Counted from the first letter of the stretch, positions 7,346 through 16,512 are shown. The stretch is 32,000 bases of DNA from Patescibacteria group bacterium (GCA_041674405.1 JBAYVT010000003.1:119990-151989); one strand, 5' to 3'. Numbers and translations are program-made. Notes: generated from the sequence alone by a model not told the origin.

Positions 7346-9496
7346 TTAGTTATTTCCGGCCAATGCTTTCATTGAAAGTGAAATCCTGCCCTTCATTGGG
7401 TCGACTTCAATCACTTTGGCAGTGACCATCTGTCCAACTTTGAGAACATCAGAAACCTTTTCGATTCGTTTGTCGGAGATTTGCGAGATGTGAATCATGC
7501 CGTCGATCTTCGGGGTGATTTGGACAATTGCACCAATCTCTTTTCCAGACATCCTGTCCTTCTTGATATCGATGATTTCCCCGGTGATGATTTCGCCTGG
7601 CTGAACCTCACGCATCATCGCCTTGATTTGCGAGATTGCTTTGGCGCCCATCTCTTGATCAGTTGAGGAGACAAGCACCGTACCGTCGTCTTCGATATCG
7701 ATACTGATGATTTCTTTGCCACCGCAATCTTCGACAATCTTCTTGACATTCTTGCCGCCCGGGCCAATAAGCTCTCCTATCTTGTCAGGATTGATTTTGA
7801 TCGATTCAATTCTAGGAGCATACTTGGACATTTCTGCCTTTGGCGCAGGCATGACTTTGGCTATTTCGTCGAGAATCTCAAGCCGGGCCTTTTTTGCCTG
7901 TGCTAGCGTGTCGCGGACGATATCCATAGTCAATCCCTCAATCTTGGTATCCATCTGGATCGCTGTCACACCATCGCGAGTTCCGGCAACCTTGAAATCC
8001 ATGTCGCCAGAAAAATCTTCAAGTCCCTGAAGGTCGGTAAGGATTTTATATACAGATGCGTCTTCATTTGTGACCAAACCCATGGCAATACCAGCAACCG
8101 GTTTCTTGATCGGAACGCCGGCATCCATAAGCGCCAAGGTCGAGCCGCAAGTTGCCGCCATCGATGTTGAGCCATTGGATGAAAGGATTTCCGAGACTAG
8201 TCTAATAGTATAAGGAAACTCTTCGCTTGATGGGATCATTGGCTTTAAGGCTTTTTCTGCCAAATAACCATGGCCAATTTCACGCCTGGAGGCACCGCGA
8301 ACGGGGCGAACCTCGCCGGTGGAGAATGGCGGGAAATTATAGTGGTGCATAAATCTCTTCGTGGTATCTTCTCCCATCGTGTCAATCAATTGTTCCATGC
8401 CGGGAGATCCAAGCGTAGCGACGGTCAATGATTGAGACTCTCCGCGGGCAAAAAGGCCTGATCCGTGAGTGCGTGGAAGAAGGCCAATTTCAATATGCAA
8501 TGGCCTGATTTCTTCCATACCTCGTCCATCGGGGCGTGAGTCATGTTCAAGTATACTCTCTCGCACTTCGTTGTTCACAACTTTGGCAAAGGCACCCTTT
8601 AAGTCAATCTGTTTGTACGTTCCCTCAAAGGTCTGTAGTATCTCCTGTTCAAAGGCCTTGATCGTTTTTTCGCGCGATTCCTTGTCAAGCGCCCGAAGCT
8701 CGGCTCGCAACCTATCTGCAACCAAATTATGAACCTCTGCATGAATTGCTACAAACGGATCGGGTGCAAATCCCTTTTCCTCTTCAGTAACAATTTTCCT
8801 GTGTTCCGCACCAATCTTTTTCTGAATATCAAGAACAGGCTGAATTGAATCAACCGCAAGCTTGATTCCCTCAAAAATTTGTTCTTCCGGAATTTCATTT
8901 GATTCGGTTTCAAGCATCATTACTCTGTCCTTTGCGGCAGCAACTGTCAGAAATAGGTCAGATGCTTCGATTTCATCCTCTGTCGGGCAAACCTTGAGTT
9001 TGCCATCAACAAGCGAGACATTTACCGCTCCGACAGGTCCCTTATATGGAGCCTTGGTCATCAAAAGTGCCGTGGATGCGGCAATGATTGAGATTGCATC
9101 AGGCTCATGAACGCCATCGTAGGAAAGAACTGTCACGACAACCTGGACATCATTTCTATAAGTTTTTGGGAATAGAGGGCGGATTGGCCGGTCAATTTTG
9201 CGCGCTGCAAGAATTGCCGCCTCAGAGGGCCTTCCTTCACGCTTAATAAAACGGCTACCGGAAATTTTTCCTGCAGCATAAAATCGCTCTTCGTAATCAA
9301 CGAGAAGCGGAAAGAAATCAACTCCTTCGCGGGTATCATCGGCAACCACTGCAGTTGCTAAAACAACCGTCTCGCCATACGTAAGTGTAATTGCGCCCTC
9401 CGCAAGCCCTGCTAATTTCCCCGTTTCGAACACTAGTTTCTCACCGGCAAAATCCACCTCGTAACGATGGACCTTATACTCTTCTACCTTCGCCAT
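7346..9496 (-). CDS. pnp: polynucleotide phosphorylase
   Basis: 716 aa. It has two RNase PH domains (FPLLVDYEER, GSTSMAATCG), a KH domain (IGPGGKNVKKI) and an S1 domain. Confidence 0.95.
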   Translation of the reverse strand: MAKVEEYKVHRYEVDFAGEKLVFETGKLAGLAEGAITLTYGETVVLATAVVADDTREGVDFFPLLVDYEERFYAAGKISGSRFIKREGRPSEAAILAARKIDRPIRPLFPKTYRNDVQVVVTVLSYDGVHEPDAISIIAASTALLMTKAPYKGPVGAVNVSLVDGKLKVCPTEDEIEASDLFLTVAAAKDRVMMLETESNEIPEEQIFEGIKLAVDSIQPVLDIQKKIGAEHRKIVTEEEKGFAPDPFVAIHAEVHNLVADRLRAELRALDKESREKTIKAFEQEILQTFEGTYKQIDLKGAFAKVVNNEVRESILEHDSRPDGRGMEEIRPLHIEIGLLPRTHGSGLFARGESQSLTVATLGSPGMEQLIDTMGEDTTKRFMHHYNFPPFSTGEVRPVRGASRREIGHGYLAEKALKPMIPSSEEFPYTIRLVSEILSSNGSTSMAATCGSTLALMDAGVPIKKPVAGIAMGLVTNEDASVYKILTDLQGLEDFSGDMDFKVAGTRDGVTAIQMDTKIEGLTMDIVRDTLAQAKKARLEILDEIAKVMPAPKAEMSKYAPRIESIKINPDKIGELIGPGGKNVKKIVEDCGGKEIISIDIEDDGTVLVSSTDQEMGAKAISQIKAMMREVQPGEIITGEIIDIKKDRMSGKEIGAIVQITPKIDGMIHISQISDKRIEKVSDVLKVGQMVTAKVIEVDPMKGRISLSMKALAGNN

Positions 9497-9505
9497 ACTG
9501 AAAAA

Positions 9506-9520
9506 TCCTTTCTAGAAGGA
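9506..9520 (-). promoter_or_regulatory. small hairpin sequestering the pnp Shine-Dalgarno sequence
   Basis: Minus-strand RNA reads UCCUU-CUAGA-AAGGA. The AAGGA arm is the only SD-like element and lies 9 nt from AUG 9496. Confidence 0.35.
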
Positions 9521-9730
9521 TGAGAGATGAGTTCGTGAAAGTGAAAGGAAACGACAATCCGTTGATACAATCGTTTATACAGTAGTTGAACCAGTAGTAA
9601 TACTATTGTTTTAACAACCGTATCAACTACCGAGTTAACTATGTGTCAACTGAGTTCCCGGAAATTTCTTTTGCAATTTCCTCTCACCTACCAACCCATC
9701 CTTCTTGTTACTAATTTATATTGTATTTAC

Positions 9731-9838
9731 CTCACAGAATTTTTTCACAGAATTTCACAGATAATTTCGCTGGTCATACCCACACTGAACCTTTTTCATG
9801 AGCGTTTTCTGTGTCCTTCTGTGAATTTTTCTGTGGAG
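9731..9838 (-). promoter_or_regulatory. three-tier CACAGAA/TTCTGTG word hairpin between rpsO and pnp (rpsO terminator and/or pnp leader processing stem)
   Basis: CACAGA occurs at 9733, 9746 and 9756. TCTGTG occurs at 9808, 9818 and 9830. They pair outer-to-outer as 7+7+6 bp around a 43-nt loop. Confidence 0.5.
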
Positions 9839-9851
9839 TAATATTCCGCTC

Positions 9852-10139
9852 TTATTTCCGTAAACCTAAATCGGAAATAAGCTTCTCGTATTTCTTCTCA
9901 TCTGACTTTTTCAGATAATTCAGAAGTCTTCGTCTTTTACCAACCATCGAAAGAAGACCGCGGCGGGAATCAAAATCTTTCTTGTGCTCCTTTAAATGCT
10001 TGGTAAGATCAGAAACCTTTTTGGTCAAAACTGCGACCTGTACCTCTACTGAACCTGTATCGTCTTTATGCGATCTGTATTTCTTAATCAGATCAACCTT
10101 TTCCCCTGCCTTCTTCGTGTTTTTCTTTACTTCTGCCAT
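9852..10139 (-). CDS. rpsO: 30S ribosomal protein S15
   Basis: 95 aa from ATG 10139 ([10 protein letters not shown]...[25 protein letters not shown]). The track start at 10205 lies inside the leader hairpin. Confidence 0.9.
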   Translation of the reverse strand: MAEVKKNTKKAGEKVDLIKKYRSHKDDTGSVEVQVAVLTKKVSDLTKHLKEHKKDFDSRRGLLSMVGKRRRLLNYLKKSDEKKYEKLISDLGLRK

Positions 10140-10162
10140 GTGTATTGGCTGCGCCAAGTAGA

Positions 10163-10223
10163 AAGTGTAAAGCGTAAAGTGCAAAGTTTTTGAATCGCTT
10201 TTCACTTTGATCTTTTCACTTTA
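10163..10223 (-). promoter_or_regulatory. rpsO leader: bipartite hairpin of about 21 bp made of AAAGTGAAAAG words
   Basis: Two 11-mers CTTTTCACTTT (10199-10209 and 10213-10223) pair 10/11 with AAAGTGCAAAG (10177-10187) and AAAGTGTAAAG (10163-10173). A UUGGC-GCA-GCCAA hairpin follows, then AUG. Confidence 0.5.
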
Positions 10224-10291
10224 ACCTGACGAAGTCTCCTAATTACTTATTAACAAATTGATATTACAACATTTTGCTTGTTTTTACAAGC

Positions 10292-11476
10292 TTAATTCGT
10301 CTTCGGTTGTTCTACTGGCTGAACCAGTTTACCGTTCATCTCTTTCGTGTATTCCCGAATTTTTTGAATAATGGCCGACGAGCCGTTCTCAAGCGTAACA
10401 TCAGACACTTCGAAACCGGCAGCTTGCGAATGGCCGCCCCCAGAAAATAGTTTCGCTATAGCAGAAACGTCGACACCTTTTTCGACTGAACGAAGCGAGC
10501 CGTTCAAAATTCCGCCTTTTTCAGAGAGTAAAAGAACAAATTTGGCGCCAGAAACGGTTTTCAAAAGCTCGTCGATCACTCCACCAGATTCAGACTCAGC
10601 TGCACCCACTTCAACATAATCATTGGCAGAAAGAGAACTCCAGACAAAGCCATAATCTTTTTCGTCGTGGATATTGGCGAGTGCTCGGCCCCAAAGTCGT
10701 AGTGTTGAAAGAGGCCGTGTTTTATAAATATTTTTGATAATTTCGTCGCGCTTGGCACCAGCTGCTACCAACTGGGCTGCGACAGTAAGCGATTTCGGAG
10801 TTGTATTCGTATTTTGGAACGAGCCGGTATCGGTGACTATTCCGGTAAGTAAAAGGGTGGCAATCTTTTCATCGAATGGCGATTTTTCCGGCGATAGTGC
10901 TTCCAACAAAGAAACCAATATCTCTGCAGTTGAGGTTGATGTCACATCGACCAAGTTCACTTGGCCAAAATAATCATTGCCGGAATGATGATCAATGTTT
11001 ATGACCGGTGTCTCATAAAACAGATCGGGATTTTTTTCAAATGGCGTGCCCAACCGTTCGAGATCTGGAGAATCCAATACTATAATAAGATCAAAATTGA
11101 AGCCCCCTTCCGGAAATTCAACCATCTCTTTCGTAAATACGCCCGATTTCGGCGAAATGATAATATTGAGCTTATCATCAGAAACCTTATACATTATTTT
11201 GTCAGCTTTCACATCCTTGGTCGAAAGGGAGATAACAAAATCGCGAACACCGGCAAAATCACGGGAAATTTCGGAGACATTTGGCAAAAAATTGAAGACC
11301 TCCGGAGTAGGCTCGTTGCAGACGGAAATTGCTTCCTTGCCGATGTTTTTGAAGAATGACAAAAGCGCCAGAGAGCTGCCAAGAGCATCTCCATCAGGAT
11401 CCTTGTGGGTGAGAATTAAAATCTTTTTCGCCTCCTTAATTCTCGTCACCGCTTGTTGTTTGGGCGAAAGTTCCAC
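10292..11476 (-). CDS. nrnA: DHH/DHHA1 phosphoesterase (NrnA-like oligoribonuclease/pAp phosphatase)
   Basis: 394 aa with a GTG start. Motifs HKDPDGDALGS, NIDHHSGN and FSGGGHSQAAG. Confidence 0.8.
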   Translation of the reverse strand: MELSPKQQAVTRIKEAKKILILTHKDPDGDALGSSLALLSFFKNIGKEAISVCNEPTPEVFNFLPNVSEISRDFAGVRDFVISLSTKDVKADKIMYKVSDDKLNIIISPKSGVFTKEMVEFPEGGFNFDLIIVLDSPDLERLGTPFEKNPDLFYETPVINIDHHSGNDYFGQVNLVDVTSTSTAEILVSLLEALSPEKSPFDEKIATLLLTGIVTDTGSFQNTNTTPKSLTVAAQLVAAGAKRDEIIKNIYKTRPLSTLRLWGRALANIHDEKDYGFVWSSLSANDYVEVGAAESESGGVIDELLKTVSGAKFVLLLSEKGGILNGSLRSVEKGVDVSAIAKLFSGGGHSQAAGFEVSDVTLENGSSAIIQKIREYTKEMNGKLVQPVEQPKTN

Positions 11477-11483
11477 TTAGTTA

Positions 11484-11567
11484 CTTAAGAACTTAGAAAC
11501 TTATGAACCCAAGAACAGCTTGATACAATTTTGTCCTTTGGTTCTTCAGTCCTTTCGTTCTTCAGTT
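11484..11567 (-). promoter_or_regulatory. nrnA 5' leader with AAGAAC/GTTCTT word repeats
   Basis: AAGAAC-like words occur at 11487, 11495, 11503 and 11511. GTTCTT occurs at 11541 and 11557. The element lies between the predicted -10 and the GTG start. Confidence 0.35.
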
Positions 11568-11582
11568 AATGATAAACACTCG

Positions 11583-11611
11583 AATATAGCGGAAGGTGTT
11601 TTGAAAGTCAA
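11583..11611 (-). promoter_or_regulatory. candidate nrnA promoter
   Basis: Minus strand reads TTGACT (11611-11606), 17 nt, TATATT (11588-11583). Confidence 0.5.
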
Positions 11612-11640
11612 GATGAATTTAAATGCAAACCGCAGTTCAA

Positions 11641-11707
11641 TGGCTAGCCTTGGCTAGTCGCCGCGCTGCTAGTCAATTTTCTAGCTGCTGTCTAGCCAAG
11701 TCTAGCA
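11641..11707. repeat. 67-bp three-segment palindrome carrying six CTAG tetramers
   Basis: CTTGGCTAG (11649-11657) pairs with CTAGCCAAG (11692-11700), a perfect 9 bp. It is flanked by a 7/8 and a 5-bp segment. The element lies between the divergent nrnA and rpsT promoters. Confidence 0.5.
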
Positions 11708-11729
11708 ATATTTCGGCTATCATTATTCC

Positions 11730-11758
11730 TTTACAATTGTTTTTCTTTCTGCTACAAT
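11730..11758 (+). promoter_or_regulatory. rpsT promoter
   Basis: TTTACA (11730-11735), 17 nt, TACAAT (11753-11758). RBS AAGGAAA precedes ATG 11785. Confidence 0.65.
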
Positions 11759-11784
11759 CAGTTTCGTATCAATAAGGAAATATT

Positions 11785-12045
11785 ATGCCAATCAAAAAAT
11801 CAGCAAAAAAGACACTACGCATAGAGCACACAAGAACTGCACAAAACGACCTTACTAGGGCTAAGATTAAGGGTGCACTCAAAGGCGCAAAGATTGCTAT
11901 AACCAAAGGCGAGAAAGATGCCGATAAAAAAATTTCCGCCGCATACAGAGAGCTCGACATCGCTTCAAAAAAGAACGTCATCCATAAAAATAAAGCCGCC
12001 CGTCTTAAATCAAGGTTGGCAAAAAAAGTTTCTAAATCTGCATAG
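11785..12045 (+). CDS. rpsT: 30S ribosomal protein S20
   Basis: 86 aa, reading MPIKKSAKKTLR...HKNKAARLKSRLAKK. Confidence 0.9.
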   Translation: MPIKKSAKKTLRIEHTRTAQNDLTRAKIKGALKGAKIAITKGEKDADKKISAAYRELDIASKKNVIHKNKAARLKSRLAKKVSKSA

Positions 12046-12048
12046 ATT

Positions 12049-12084
12049 AAAAAAATCACCAAGGATACGCCAAGGTGATTTTTT
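12049..12084. terminator. bidirectional terminator shared by rpsT and the surface-protein gene
   Basis: AAAAAAATCACC, loop, GGTGATTTTTT, with A- and T-tracts on either side. Confidence 0.75.
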
Positions 12085-12098
12085 ATTTTGCAAAAATT

Positions 12099-15000
12099 TT
12101 ATTGCCCAAATATTCTGACCCAGCTAAATGCTTTTTGAAAGGCCTGAATAATCAGATTAAGCGCCGATTGCTGGGCCCGTTGTGTGATTACGGCGTTATC
12201 TTCACTCAAACCAATATTGCCGGCAGCATCTTTAGACACTGCACGCAAATGATAAGTTTTTGAGGGATCTAGATTGGAAATAACCACTACATGGGCATTC
12301 GAATACGAGAGATCTTCTTGAGTTTTCGATCCATATGAATCAGACGATACTCCTTCGCCATATTCAACTTGTGATGTTCCCGGCTCATCTGTTCTCCAGG
12401 AAACCACAATCTGTGCTTTATTTCCATCACTGCCCGATGCGGTTTTCGACTCAATAGTTAAATCAGTAACTACTGGCGGCCTGGAATCCAGGGCGGTCTT
12501 AAAAGTATTTGTATCAGAAGTGGCAGTATTTCCATACTGATCAATGCCGGTTGCGTAGACCTGATACTGCGTGTTGTCGCTTAAATTACCAATCTCCAAA
12601 GAATGCTCCTTTACTTTCTCCGATGAAGAAATTTCTTTGAAACTGCCACCGATGGGCCCGAAATGGATCGAGGAAGTGGTTTCCACATTTGTGGTCCACG
12701 TGACGCTCATAGTGGCGTATGGCTTATCCGTGACCGGTTGAAAGCGCAAATTGGTTATTTTTGGCGCCGGCGGTGTAGCGAATGTTGCACCACCAGAAAA
12801 ATCCGCGCCTAACGAAGTGACCGCGTCAATCGCAATCTGATAATTTGTTCCTGGCTCTAAGTTACTAAGCTCATATGTGAAGGCTGTTGCTTGGCCAGGC
12901 AAAGGCACAGGATCCCCGTAAACCCCTGCCCCATACCGAATCGAAATACTGGATAAATAATTTGTTTGAAATGAAAGTAACGCCCGCGTCGGGGAAATTG
13001 TTTCTGCTTTGGGATTAATTATTCGCGGAGTAGTTGCCGTAGTTGTTTCAAACCATTCGGATTCTCCAGCGTTCGCCGACTGATCAAGCCACACAAGCTT
13101 GTAGCGGTACGTTTTTTCCGGTTTCAAGCCGACTACCGTTACATTATGCGATAAGCCATAAGTTTGATTACCCTGTTCTGACACATAGACATTGCCATCA
13201 TATACTTGAACAAGCGAGGTTGTATTTTTGCTTGATGTCCAAGTAACCGCCATCGATGACGGCCCTGCAGTGACATAGGGCCCATCTATGATGTGGGCAA
13301 TGCCGGTGGAACAGAAAATTGCCGTTTGCCAAGAGGATAAATTACCAGCATGATCTTTTGACCTTACATAGAAAACGTTGTCACCTTCCTGCATCGGGGA
13401 CACCGTCATTGTGGTGTCTGTAATAAATGCCACTGGCCCATTTGTCCAACGTTTATATTCATATCCCGCCAGGCTGGATCCGCCAGAATCCGAGGCATCC
13501 GGCCAGGTGAATGTAAATGTTGATGCCGTTGAACATCCCGTTGGAGAAGCATTGATATATTCTGGTGGTTGAGGCGTAACAGTTTCATATTTGTAGACAA
13601 GATATACCTCTGGGGCAACCAAATCATTAGGCGGACCGGCATCATTTTGTGTCTGGATGATTAGATAATATGTGCTGCCCGTCACAAGCTCATCTGATAC
13701 GGTATAATTCTGAGTTGCCCCAATCGCTCCTACATGTGCTTGATAATCACCCGCAGTAGAAGGAATAGCAGACGGATCCGTTCCAAAATATACCCAATAC
13801 CCTTTTATGCCAGATTCATTGTCTGCTGCTCCCGACCATTCAAAGTACGGAGCCCCGAAATTATACCAATTATTGGTGGTAAGTTCGGTCCCTTTTGCTG
13901 CAGTGTCATATGCATGAAAAGTAGTCGGATTTTCTGGTGGGGTTACATCGCCTTGCTCTTCAGCGGATAACGATAAAAAAGTATCTGGAGCACTCTGGTT
14001 GTTGTATTCGGTCAAAAGCCAATCGGCGCTGCGGGCAGTACTTGATACTCTGATATCCTCCAAACTGCCTTGAAAATTTTTCTCGTAAGCCAAAGAGCCG
14101 CTTGATTTTCCTATCAATAAACTACCGGTATTGGCAGCTATTGCCATGGCTTTTGACTTAGTCCCTTTTGAAACGCCGTTTTCTAAAATTGTCAGGGTAC
14201 TGCCATCGTATGTTCCTGCTACTTGTGTCCATGTACTCGCAGCTAATGCATCGGATGAATATACTGCCGCACCTTCCCCTGTCTGCCAAATTGCATGGTT
14301 AGTATGATCCGGAGTAGTAAATATTTTTCCATCATACACCCCGGCACTCACTACACCGGCGCCATATGTGGCTGCCTTTGTCCACCCAACACCGTCATCA
14401 TATCTTTCAAGAGTCCCCAGATAATTGCCTCCTCTTGTGCCCGCATAAAGCTTTCCATTGTATGAAACTAACGCATAGACATTGTATGTGGTGGCAGTGC
14501 CAGACAAGGCAGTCCAAGTTGTGCCACCATCAAAACGATAGGCAGTAGTGGTAGCTACAGAAGCATATATTGTATCGTTAAATACCAACAATTTGCCCAC
14601 ATTACCCGGGGATCCGATACTGGTCCATGTCGTGCCTCCGTCGTAGCGATAAACTCCAGTACCGCCAGCATATAATTGGCCATTGAAAATGACCAAGCTA
14701 TTCACACCGGCCATTGCGCCCGGGCACCCCACGCTGGTCCATGTCGTGCCTCCGTCGTAGCGATAAACCACGCAGGCCGCACCATACGTCCCTGCATAAA
14801 TTTTTCCATTGTATACAACCATCGAATTTACCCCGCGGTTCAGCGAAGAGCCAACTGCAGTCCACGTGGTATTTCCATCCCATTCAAAGATTGTGCCTGT
14901 ACCATTACTCCCCGTACCCGTACCGATGTAAAGTTTTCCACCAAACACTACGAAGCTGGCGGCGCCATTCCATGTCATATTGGTTATAGTACCTACGCCT

Positions 15001-15920
15001 GTCCAGGTTGGGCCATCATCGAGCCGATATATAGTACCATTATCGCCAAAAATAAATAATTTTCCGTTAAAGACAATTTGAGCCGGCGTCCACCAAGTCC
15101 CGGTTGCAGGATTTCCGAGATTTACCGCCGTCTCAGCACCGGTTGTAATCTGAAAATATGGCTTGTCATCATGACCAACTTTCAGAGAGTAATTGCTTTT
15201 CGACACCACACTATTTATCTCTGAACCAGAATCGCGTTTGACCCAACCCTGAAGAGTTAGGTTTGATGTAATATCAAGACTATCGGAATCCCCGACAGAA
15301 ACCTGCCCAGTTAATCCATCAAACCCGAGTGCTTTATTGATTTCACCCGTTGCACCGTATGTAATTCCGCTCGCAGAGGCAGTGCCATCGTTATTATTCG
15401 CAGTTGAATCATAAAGCGTGCCTGATGCTTCATTATAATGCTGAACCATTTTATAATTTGTATCCCAAACATTGGTTGGATCAGCTTGCGGAGAGCAAGA
15501 ATCATTGCCATAGTACAAATACAATATGGTATCGGAAGTTGAAGAAATATTGGATTTAACCCACGCAACTGTTGCTCCCGTTGAAGAATTGTAGTTCTCA
15601 AGCTCATACGGAATTTTGGTCGATCCGTCGGAGGACGTGAACAATAAATCGTCGCCATCAGTTTGAGCATGGGCGACAATATCGGAGTCTGACGCAAGTT
15701 TAATAAGGACCGGAAAGCTGGACTGATTGGAAGCAACTAACGTGTGGTCTATCGTAACAACTTTCCGATAACGCCAAGCATAATCATACCAAGACGATGC
15801 GTTTGCTTTTTTCTGGTCCTGCCGCATAAGAAAAGTATTCACAACAGCAAAAGTGACAATGGATATTATCACCAAAATCAGCAAGAAGCTATTCCTTTTT
15901 CCCTTCTTTCCCCTCAACAT
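12099..15920 (-). CDS. giant membrane-anchored surface protein: DUF2341-like plus LamG split by a beta-propeller-like repeat block, then FN3-like modules
   Basis: 1273 aa with an N-terminal TM helix. WYDYAWRYRKVVTIDH...PVLIKL resembles DUF2341 (from memory). The LamG halves flank six to seven YRYDGGTTWTxxG blades. At least five FN3-like units occupy the C-terminal half. Confidence 0.85.
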   Translation of the reverse strand: MLRGKKGKRNSFLLILVIISIVTFAVVNTFLMRQDQKKANASSWYDYAWRYRKVVTIDHTLVASNQSSFPVLIKLASDSDIVAHAQTDGDDLLFTSSDGSTKIPYELENYNSSTGATVAWVKSNISSTSDTILYLYYGNDSCSPQADPTNVWDTNYKMVQHYNEASGTLYDSTANNNDGTASASGITYGATGEINKALGFDGLTGQVSVGDSDSLDITSNLTLQGWVKRDSGSEINSVVSKSNYSLKVGHDDKPYFQITTGAETAVNLGNPATGTWWTPAQIVFNGKLFIFGDNGTIYRLDDGPTWTGVGTITNMTWNGAASFVVFGGKLYIGTGTGSNGTGTIFEWDGNTTWTAVGSSLNRGVNSMVVYNGKIYAGTYGAACVVYRYDGGTTWTSVGCPGAMAGVNSLVIFNGQLYAGGTGVYRYDGGTTWTSIGSPGNVGKLLVFNDTIYASVATTTAYRFDGGTTWTALSGTATTYNVYALVSYNGKLYAGTRGGNYLGTLERYDDGVGWTKAATYGAGVVSAGVYDGKIFTTPDHTNHAIWQTGEGAAVYSSDALAASTWTQVAGTYDGSTLTILENGVSKGTKSKAMAIAANTGSLLIGKSSGSLAYEKNFQGSLEDIRVSSTARSADWLLTEYNNQSAPDTFLSLSAEEQGDVTPPENPTTFHAYDTAAKGTELTTNNWYNFGAPYFEWSGAADNESGIKGYWVYFGTDPSAIPSTAGDYQAHVGAIGATQNYTVSDELVTGSTYYLIIQTQNDAGPPNDLVAPEVYLVYKYETVTPQPPEYINASPTGCSTASTFTFTWPDASDSGGSSLAGYEYKRWTNGPVAFITDTTMTVSPMQEGDNVFYVRSKDHAGNLSSWQTAIFCSTGIAHIIDGPYVTAGPSSMAVTWTSSKNTTSLVQVYDGNVYVSEQGNQTYGLSHNVTVVGLKPEKTYRYKLVWLDQSANAGESEWFETTTATTPRIINPKAETISPTRALLSFQTNYLSSISIRYGAGVYGDPVPLPGQATAFTYELSNLEPGTNYQIAIDAVTSLGADFSGGATFATPPAPKITNLRFQPVTDKPYATMSVTWTTNVETTSSIHFGPIGGSFKEISSSEKVKEHSLEIGNLSDNTQYQVYATGIDQYGNTATSDTNTFKTALDSRPPVVTDLTIESKTASGSDGNKAQIVVSWRTDEPGTSQVEYGEGVSSDSYGSKTQEDLSYSNAHVVVISNLDPSKTYHLRAVSKDAAGNIGLSEDNAVITQRAQQSALNLIIQAFQKAFSWVRIFGQ
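14621..14768 (-). repeat. 34-nt exact direct repeat inside the propeller block
   Basis: tggtccatgtcgtgcctccgtcgtagcgataaac occurs at 14621-14654 and again at 14735-14768, which is 114 nt (one blade) apart. Confidence 0.85.
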
Positions 15921-15954
15921 GTTACCTACATTTTATCCATTTTCAGGCAATCAA

Positions 15955-16512
15955 TCAAATATTATATCTCGGCAATCCAACTCCTTGAAAAACCGGGTAA
16001 ATCATAAATATCGCTTTGCCAACAAAAAATCGTTTTTCCACCGGGCCGAAATATCTCGAATCATTTGATTGGGGCCGATTGTCGCCCATTAAAAAATATT
16101 CATTATTTTTCAGCGTCCACGTGCCGGATGGAAAAATCTCTGTCCCAGGCGAAATATATGATTCTTCGAGAGCTTTTCCGTTGATATAAACTTTATTTTT
16201 GGCGATCACCACCTTTTCCGTCGGCAGGCCGATTACTCTTTTTAAATATTGTTTGTTTTGCGGATCGCCAGGATACTTAACAATTACTACTTCTCCTCTC
16301 TCCGGGTCAGCCTCTCCGCGATAAAAACTTTTGTCAGATAGCATCATTTGCTTATTCATGAAGCTCGTTTCCATCGACACCCCGTCAACAAGAAATATCG
16401 AGTACCAGTATGAGTTTATTATCGTTACGACGATAACGACTAAAATTAACCATTTCAAGATATCAAAAAAAATACCCCCGCCATACAACAATTTTGAAAT
16501 CGATGAATTCAT
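15955..16512 (-). CDS. lepB: signal peptidase I
   Basis: 185 aa. Motifs GVSMETS, KRVIGLPTEKV and GDNRPQSNDSRYFG. The ATG overlaps the upstream stop as TAATG at 16510-16514. Confidence 0.9.
   Translation of the reverse strand: MNSSISKLLYGGGIFFDILKWLILVVIVVTIINSYWYSIFLVDGVSMETSFMNKQMMLSDKSFYRGEADPERGEVVIVKYPGDPQNKQYLKRVIGLPTEKVVIAKNKVYINGKALEESYISPGTEIFPSGTWTLKNNEYFLMGDNRPQSNDSRYFGPVEKRFFVGKAIFMIYPVFQGVGLPRYNI

Noticed and set aside
10140-10205. N-terminal extensions in the ORF track (rpsO to 10205, purN from 6491, udg to 5833, 5'-nuclease to 21988, ORFs from 22049, 22816 and 29241)
   Set aside because: The extensions run through predicted promoters or leader hairpins, lack an RBS, and exceed normal family lengths. 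Internal starts with an RBS or leaderless geometry were preferred.
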